Position numbers and translations under genes: made by a program. A stretch of DNA of 64,000 bases from Acidimicrobiia bacterium (GTDB taxonomy: Bacteria > Actinomycetota > Acidimicrobiia > Spongiisociales > ZC4RG35): contig OZ244034.1 in NCBI GenBank assembly GCA_965215185.1, positions 96,001-160,000 of the forward strand. Direction: 5' to 3'. The notes under the pieces were generated by a model, which worked only from the letters and a program-made list of their open reading frames with translations, was not told the origin of the DNA and did no database searches. Of this stretch, positions 58,941-64,000 are shown piece after piece; the first letter of the stretch is position 1; every line of letters starts with the position of its first letter.

Positions 58941-60517
58941 CTCCTCTTGAGAGCCCGGCCGGGGGTGGCGGAGGTACGGCGATGGTCGTCAACCACCGGG
59001 ACACCGTTGACGATCACGTGTGGGATGCCGGTCGGGAATTGACATGGGTCTTGCAGGGAGGCCGTACTACCCACGGTGTGGGGGTCGAACACTACGAGGT
59101 CCGCTTTGGCGTCGTCGCGGATGACGCCGCGGTCGCCGATGCCCAGCAGACCGGCGGGGTACGAGGTCATCTTGCGGATGGCCTCTTCCATGGTCATCAA
59201 ACCCTCATCTCTCGCCAGGCCCCCGAGCATCTTGGGGAAGGTGCCATAGCTTCGTGGGCTTGGTGCGGTGCCCACCAGCAGCGCATCGCTTCCAACCGCA
59301 CACAGGTCGTGGCTGAGGATGTGGCGCACCGTTTCCATGTTATTGGAGTCGTGGCCGACGTAAGAAAGGCCGAGGTTTTCGGCGATGAGCAGGTCACAGA
59401 GCGCCTCCAGCGGGTCGAGGCCCATCGCGGCGGCGATCTGGTCGAGAGGAACACCTTCGAATTGCCGGTAGTCGGGGTTCTCGAACCCGCTGAGGTGCCA
59501 GCCGGTGGGATTTCGCCAGCGGCTCTGCCGGGGATCTGTCTCCTCGCGCATCTTGGCTCGCGAGTCCGGACTGCCCAGGTGCTCGAACAGGCGGTCGGGT
59601 CCGCCGTTCTGAATCCACTCGGGAAGGGCGACCTGCGCCCGCGAGCCACCCTGGTTGTAGGGATAGGCATCGAACGACACCTGGAGACCTTCCTGGCGGG
59701 CCTCCTCGACGAGGCCCAGGAGCTCATGGAACTCGCCGTCCTTTTTGGAGAGCGACGCGTAGTGCGAGATATGCAATGCGGCGCCGGTGCGACGGGTGAT
59801 CTCGACCACCTCGTGGAACGGATCGGCGAAGGTGGCGCCCGCCCCGTAGCGCACATGCGACACGTGCATGGCGCCGTTCCGGGCCGCCACCTCGGCCAGC
59901 TCGGTGAGTTCGTCGATCTCGGCGAAACTGCCAGGGGGGTAGGTCAGTCCCGTCGAGAAACCGAATGCCCCCTGGTCGAGACCTTCCTGCAGTAACTGTC
60001 GCTGCACGGCCATGTCCTGGGCGGTGAGCTCGGCGTCATCCCAGCCGACGCTGGCCACCCGCAGCGGCGTGTTGCCGATGACATAGGCGATATTCACTGG
60101 TACCGACCTGTCGTAGAGATCGAGGTACTCGGCAACCGAACTCCACCTGAAGCCCGGCGGGCGGCGCCCGTCGAGCCCCGCGTTCATCACACTCCAGCCA
60201 TCGAGGTCGTCGGCGGACGGGAATGGGGCATAGGAGTTGCCATCGACGCCGATCAGCTCCGTGGTGACGCCCTGCCGGATCTTCGGCTCATGGGCCGGAT
60301 CGGCCAGGATCGCCATCGTCGAATGGGCGTGCATATCGATGAAGCCAGGGCATACGGAGAGGCCGCTCGCATCGATCACGCGACCGGCTTCCATACGGGT
60401 TGTGTCGCCGCGCAGGACGATGATCGTGTCTGCATCGACGCCGATATCCGCACTGATCCACGACGATCCGGTCCCGTCGTACACGCGGCCGCCGCGGATC
60501 AGCAGGTCGAGACTCAT
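58937..60517 (-). CDS. N-acyl-D-amino-acid deacylase family amidohydrolase
   Basis: True start MSLDLLIRGG (60517); PGFIDMHAH, QGVTT, STGLTYPPG, HISH, YPY, GSD, PRSYGTFP, ADLVVFDP. Confidence 0.9.
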   Translation of the reverse strand: MSLDLLIRGGRVYDGTGSSWISADIGVDADTIIVLRGDTTRMEAGRVIDASGLSVCPGFIDMHAHSTMAILADPAHEPKIRQGVTTELIGVDGNSYAPFPSADDLDGWSVMNAGLDGRRPPGFRWSSVAEYLDLYDRSVPVNIAYVIGNTPLRVASVGWDDAELTAQDMAVQRQLLQEGLDQGAFGFSTGLTYPPGSFAEIDELTELAEVAARNGAMHVSHVRYGAGATFADPFHEVVEITRRTGAALHISHYASLSKKDGEFHELLGLVEEARQEGLQVSFDAYPYNQGGSRAQVALPEWIQNGGPDRLFEHLGSPDSRAKMREETDPRQSRWRNPTGWHLSGFENPDYRQFEGVPLDQIAAAMGLDPLEALCDLLIAENLGLSYVGHDSNNMETVRHILSHDLCAVGSDALLVGTAPSPRSYGTFPKMLGGLARDEGLMTMEEAIRKMTSYPAGLLGIGDRGVIRDDAKADLVVFDPHTVGSTASLQDPCQFPTGIPHVIVNGVPVVDDHRRTSATPGRALKRR

Positions 60518-61878
60518 GCCTGTCGTCCGAAACGTGCCAGGTACCGCCCGTTCTCCGGTCCAACCAGCTCGCCATCCGACATGACCACCGAGCCGCCGTG
60601 TACCACGAGATTCGGCATACCGCTGGTGGAGAGTGACTCGAATAGCGAGTACCCGGCACTGGGTTCGAGGTTGTCGTGGGTCAGCCGTACCTCGGGCTGT
60701 CCCTCCGCAATGACGACCAAGTCGGCATCCGAGCCTTCCGCCAGCACGCCTTTCTGCGGGTAGATTCCGTAGATCTGCGCGGCCCTCGTGGAGGTGACCT
60801 CGGCAAGTCGCTCGATCGTCAGCCGCCCCTTCTTGAACCCCTCGCTGAAGGCGAGAGGCAGCATGACGCCGGCGCCGGCGATGCCGCCGAAGGTGGCGTC
60901 GAGGATGTTGTCGGCGGCCAGCTTCACCTCCAGGCTCTTGGGTGAGTGGTCCGACGAGAGATGATCGATCCGGCCGTCGGCCAGAGCGTCCCATAGCTGA
61001 GGGAGGTGTTCGGGGTCTCGCAGCGGCGGACCGACCTTGCCCAACGGCCCGCGTTCGAGGACCTCGTCGTTGGTGAGCAACAGGTAGTGGATCTGCGTCT
61101 CGGCGGTCACCGAGCCTCCCGAGACCTTTAGCGCACCGAGCATTGCAGCCCCCGGCGCCGAGGTGCAATGTACGAAGTGGAGATGGCACCCGGTCAGTGC
61201 GGCGAACATCGCGGTGCGGTTCATGCCTTCGGGCTCCAGCTCCACCGGCTGGCTGCGCAGGAAACTCGCATTGATGACTCCCCGCTGGCGTTCGATCGCG
61301 TCGAGGTAGTCGATGGCGCCGCCGTTCTCGGCATGGACGAGGGTGATGCCGCCCACCGCCGCCGCCCGTTCCATGAGGAGGCAGATGGAGGCGTCGTCGA
61401 GCATCTGGCCCCGCTGAGCGTAGGCGACCATCGTCTTGAAGGAGCTGACGCCGACCTCGGCGCTTCGGGCAACCGTCCCTTCGATGTCGTCGCCGGGCAT
61501 GAACAAGGCGTTGATGAAGTAGTCGGTGGCGACGCCGTCACGCTCCCGCCCGATCTCGGCTTCGACCGCCTCGGCCACAGTGGTCGCTGGGGTTCGCTGT
61601 GCGTACGCGCCGATTGTCGTCACGCCTCCTCGCAGGGCTGCCCGCGCGGCCTGGTGCAGATCGTGCAGCAACGGCTCGCTGATGGAATACCCACCCAACG
61701 AGATGTGGACGTGAGGATCCACCGCCCCCGGCAGCACCCAGGCGCCGTTCACGTCGGCGATCGTCCTGCCTTCCAAGCCCGTTCCGATCTGGTGGATGAC
61801 ACCGTCCCGGAACGAGATGTCGCCCTCCACAACGCCGTCTGCGGTGACCAGACGTCCATTGCGAACGACTCCCATCAT
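60514..61878 (-). CDS. Cyclic amidohydrolase (dihydropyrimidinase/allantoinase/dihydroorotase family)
   Basis: Start MMGVVRNG (61878); PGAVDPHVH, GGVTT, SFK, HAEN, VH, PPLR, SDHSP, GSDADLV. Confidence 0.88.
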   Translation of the reverse strand: MMGVVRNGRLVTADGVVEGDISFRDGVIHQIGTGLEGRTIADVNGAWVLPGAVDPHVHISLGGYSISEPLLHDLHQAARAALRGGVTTIGAYAQRTPATTVAEAVEAEIGRERDGVATDYFINALFMPGDDIEGTVARSAEVGVSSFKTMVAYAQRGQMLDDASICLLMERAAAVGGITLVHAENGGAIDYLDAIERQRGVINASFLRSQPVELEPEGMNRTAMFAALTGCHLHFVHCTSAPGAAMLGALKVSGGSVTAETQIHYLLLTNDEVLERGPLGKVGPPLRDPEHLPQLWDALADGRIDHLSSDHSPKSLEVKLAADNILDATFGGIAGAGVMLPLAFSEGFKKGRLTIERLAEVTSTRAAQIYGIYPQKGVLAEGSDADLVVIAEGQPEVRLTHDNLEPSAGYSLFESLSTSGMPNLVVHGGSVVMSDGELVGPENGRYLARFGRQA

Positions 61879-62621
61879 GCATCTCCCAGCCGGGCGGCGA
61901 TGCGTTTCCGGGTTGTGGCCGACGTGATCGCCTCCAACGAGGAAGCCCACGAATCTTCGTCCCATGGCATGTCCCCGAGCGCGTTCAGGTGCGCCTTCAT
62001 CGCAGCCAAGGCCGAGGCGTCAAGCGCGGCGATCTCCGCGGCAAGATCCATCGCGGCTGCGTCGAGGTCCTCGGGGGTGTGGACCGAACGGACGAAACCG
62101 ATCCGCTCGGCCTCTGCAGCAGTCAGCCGGCGGCCGGTCAACAGCATGTCGCTAGCCATCGATTCCCCGACCCCCCGCACCAGCCGAGCGATATCGCTTC
62201 GGGTGATGACTATCCCCAACGTCGCCGCCGGGATCGAGAACCAGGCCCGATCGGAGGCGATCCGAACATCGCAGGCCGCGGCAACCTCGGTCCCTGCCCC
62301 GACGGCGGCTCCGCTCACCACGGCAATGACCGGCTGCGGGCATGCCTCGATCGACGCCATCACCGACTCGACTCCTTCCAAGGACACTCGCACCGCGGCC
62401 GGGTCTGCGCCGCCGAACTGTTCGAGGTCGGCGCCGGCGCTGAACACCCGGTTACCGGTTGATGTCACCAGGACAACACGTACCGAGTCGTCCTTGGCGC
62501 ACTGGCTCATGAGGCCGGCCATCTCGGCCCACATCGGCGTCGACCAGGCGTGCTTGCGCTCCGGACGGTCAATGGTCACCCGGGCCACACCGCCATGGCG
62601 AGTCAGGCTTAGCTCGGACAT
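61875..62621 (-). CDS. Enoyl-CoA hydratase/isomerase family
   Basis: Start MSELSLTR (62621); FSAGADL, GAAVGAGTE..ACD, LLTGR..AAEA..G. Confidence 0.87.
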   Translation of the reverse strand: MSELSLTRHGGVARVTIDRPERKHAWSTPMWAEMAGLMSQCAKDDSVRVVLVTSTGNRVFSAGADLEQFGGADPAAVRVSLEGVESVMASIEACPQPVIAVVSGAAVGAGTEVAAACDVRIASDRAWFSIPAATLGIVITRSDIARLVRGVGESMASDMLLTGRRLTAAEAERIGFVRSVHTPEDLDAAAMDLAAEIAALDASALAAMKAHLNALGDMPWDEDSWASSLEAITSATTRKRIAARLGDA

Positions 62622-63412
62622 CAGAACACCCCGCGGGTGGATGCGCCGTCGAGTTGGATTGCCGAGCCGGTAGCCGGGGCCGCGGCATCCGAGCAGAGAT
62701 AGGCGATCGCTTCGGCCACTTCCTCCGGGGTCGTGAAGCGACCGAGCGGGACCCTGTCGTCCAGGTAGGCGGCCCGGAACGCCTCGTTGGTCATGCCGGC
62801 GTCTGCGGCCCAGACCTCGATTGCGTCCTCCATGCGATCGGTCGTGGTCAGGCCGGGATTCACCGCCATCACTCGGATACCGTGCGGTCCGCACAACTCC
62901 GCCACCGACTTGGTGAAATGGAGCAAAGCGGCGTTCAGCGAGCCGAGCACGTAGGCTGGGGAGGCGAAGCGCCCGGCCATCCCGACGACGTTGACGATCA
63001 CACCGCCTCCGCCCTCCTTCATGATGGGGAAGACGGCCCGGGTGCACCGCACGTAGCCCATCAACTTCAAGTCGATCGAATACGACCAGTCGGCGTCCGT
63101 GACCATTTCGAGGCTGCCGAACGGCGAGGAGCCGGCGTTGTTGACCAAGACGTCGATCCCGCCGAGCGCATTGGCCGCTTCTTCTACTGTTCGATCCGGC
63201 ACCTCTGGCCGCGAGAGGTCGGCCACTATCGTCACCACCTTCACCCCGTGTGTCGAGGCGATGTGGGCTCGTGCTTCGGACAGCCGGGCCTCGTTGCGAG
63301 CCACGAGCGCCAGATTGACACCTTCGGCAGCCAGCCGATCGGCCGTGGCAAGACCGATGCCCGCGCTTGCGCCGGTGACAAGGGCACTGCGACCGCGCAG
63401 CCTTCGGCTCAT
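62621..63412 (-). CDS. SDR-family oxidoreductase with atypical active site
   Basis: TGASAGIG, VNNAG, NPG..T, PLGR..PEEVA, LDG; YxxxK replaced by YVLGSLNAA. Confidence 0.88.
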   Translation of the reverse strand: MSRRLRGRSALVTGASAGIGLATADRLAAEGVNLALVARNEARLSEARAHIASTHGVKVVTIVADLSRPEVPDRTVEEAANALGGIDVLVNNAGSSPFGSLEMVTDADWSYSIDLKLMGYVRCTRAVFPIMKEGGGGVIVNVVGMAGRFASPAYVLGSLNAALLHFTKSVAELCGPHGIRVMAVNPGLTTTDRMEDAIEVWAADAGMTNEAFRAAYLDDRVPLGRFTTPEEVAEAIAYLCSDAAAPATGSAIQLDGASTRGVF

Positions 63413-63771
63413 ACGGGATCCTCAAACACCATCGTCTGGTTGTGGCTGAAGTTGACCCGGGGAGGAGAGAAGACCTCGATGGTGATTACCGGGTCGTCGG
63501 ACACCACCCGTCCACCGTGCTCGACGCCGGACGGGGCGTGGATCACCTGTCCGGGTCCGACGGTCCGTGTCTCGCCGTCCACCGTGAATTCGAGCTGTCC
63601 CTGCAACACGCAGATGATCTGCTCCTGGTGATGGGAGTGGAGGCCGAAGTCGGTTCCCGGCGCTATCTCGGCGCGAATCACCTGGAGGTCCTTGCCGGTG
63701 ACGTTCCACACGAAGTCGCCCGGAAACGCCTCGAACCCGTCCTGTTCGTTCCAATCGGTGAAACTGGCCAT
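63409..63771 (-). CDS. Cupin-domain protein
   Basis: Start MASFTDW (63771); HSHHQEQ..G...GQVIHAPSGVEH, EVFSPPR. Confidence 0.88.
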   Translation of the reverse strand: MASFTDWNEQDGFEAFPGDFVWNVTGKDLQVIRAEIAPGTDFGLHSHHQEQIICVLQGQLEFTVDGETRTVGPGQVIHAPSGVEHGGRVVSDDPVITIEVFSPPRVNFSHNQTMVFEDPV

Positions 63772-63778
63772 GGCGCCC

Positions 63779-64000
63779 CTATTCGTAGTAGCCGTCTGGT
63801 GACTTGAGCGTGGTTTCCCACTGCTCGATGTCATGCGCCACCAGGATCGTTGCTCCGTCGCGGTCTTCGAAGCCTTTAAGCCGGGACAGCGACTTGATGG
63901 CTGCATACTCGTCGGTAGTCGTCGGCGGTGGGAGGCGCCGGTCGATCTGGTCCCGTCGATAGGCCGCATCGCCGGTGAGGACGTAGCGACCCGAGGGCAG
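63779..64000 (-). CDS. N-acyl-homoserine lactonase-like metallo-beta-lactamase, 3' end only
   Basis: Not in ORF track: LPSGRYVLTGDAAY...AIKSLSRLKGFEDRDGATILVAHDIEQW...YYE*; GDA.Y and HD motifs of the AiiA/AttM type. Confidence 0.75.
   Translation of the reverse strand: MPSGRYVLTGDAAYRRDQIDRRLPPPTTTDEYAAIKSLSRLKGFEDRDGATILVAHDIEQWETTLKSPDGYYE

Noticed and set aside
35410-63425. Long N-terminal extensions or fusions in the ORF track (35410-37308, 44187-45047, 48051-49772, 58937-61189, 61875-63425; also 15635-18073 and 7154-8509)
   Set aside because: The extensions overlap real genes on the other strand or frame, a high-GC open-frame artefact; family homology starts at the shorter starts given

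Overview
High-GC bacterial window. The gene content (DUF4193, tatB-tatC-helY, F420-type LLM enzymes, GC/CP-type SLH domains, leaderless-type promoters) points to Actinomycetota, probably Acidimicrobiia; this is inferred, not searched. Bases 1-19.7 kb are mostly housekeeping or conserved genes: HelY helicase, Tat, RlmN, GGT, SURF1, YbaK, MetY, YyaL-type protein and an SLH-anchored metallopeptidase. Two of them carry in-frame amber stops: metY, and a marR that is also frameshifted. From about 19.8 kb to the end is an accessory uptake and catabolism region with no recognisable intact regulator. It holds: three orphan family-5 solute-binding lipoproteins with long Ala/Glu helical stalks, two of which lie in a tandem duplication whose 5' 528 bp are almost identical; four related SnoaL-like proteins; two PTER-like amidohydrolases bracketing an ABC exporter; a Ser/Cys proline-racemase-family enzyme; a lone Amt; a DUF917 / Mo-hydroxylase / hydantoinase-A / Dpp-ABC / LLM cluster; and a tightly coupled lactonase-cupin-SDR-crotonase-cyclic amidohydrolase-D-aminoacylase-aminotransferase operon. 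I found no rRNA, tRNA, CRISPR array, transposase or integrase. All family calls come from recognising motifs by eye.
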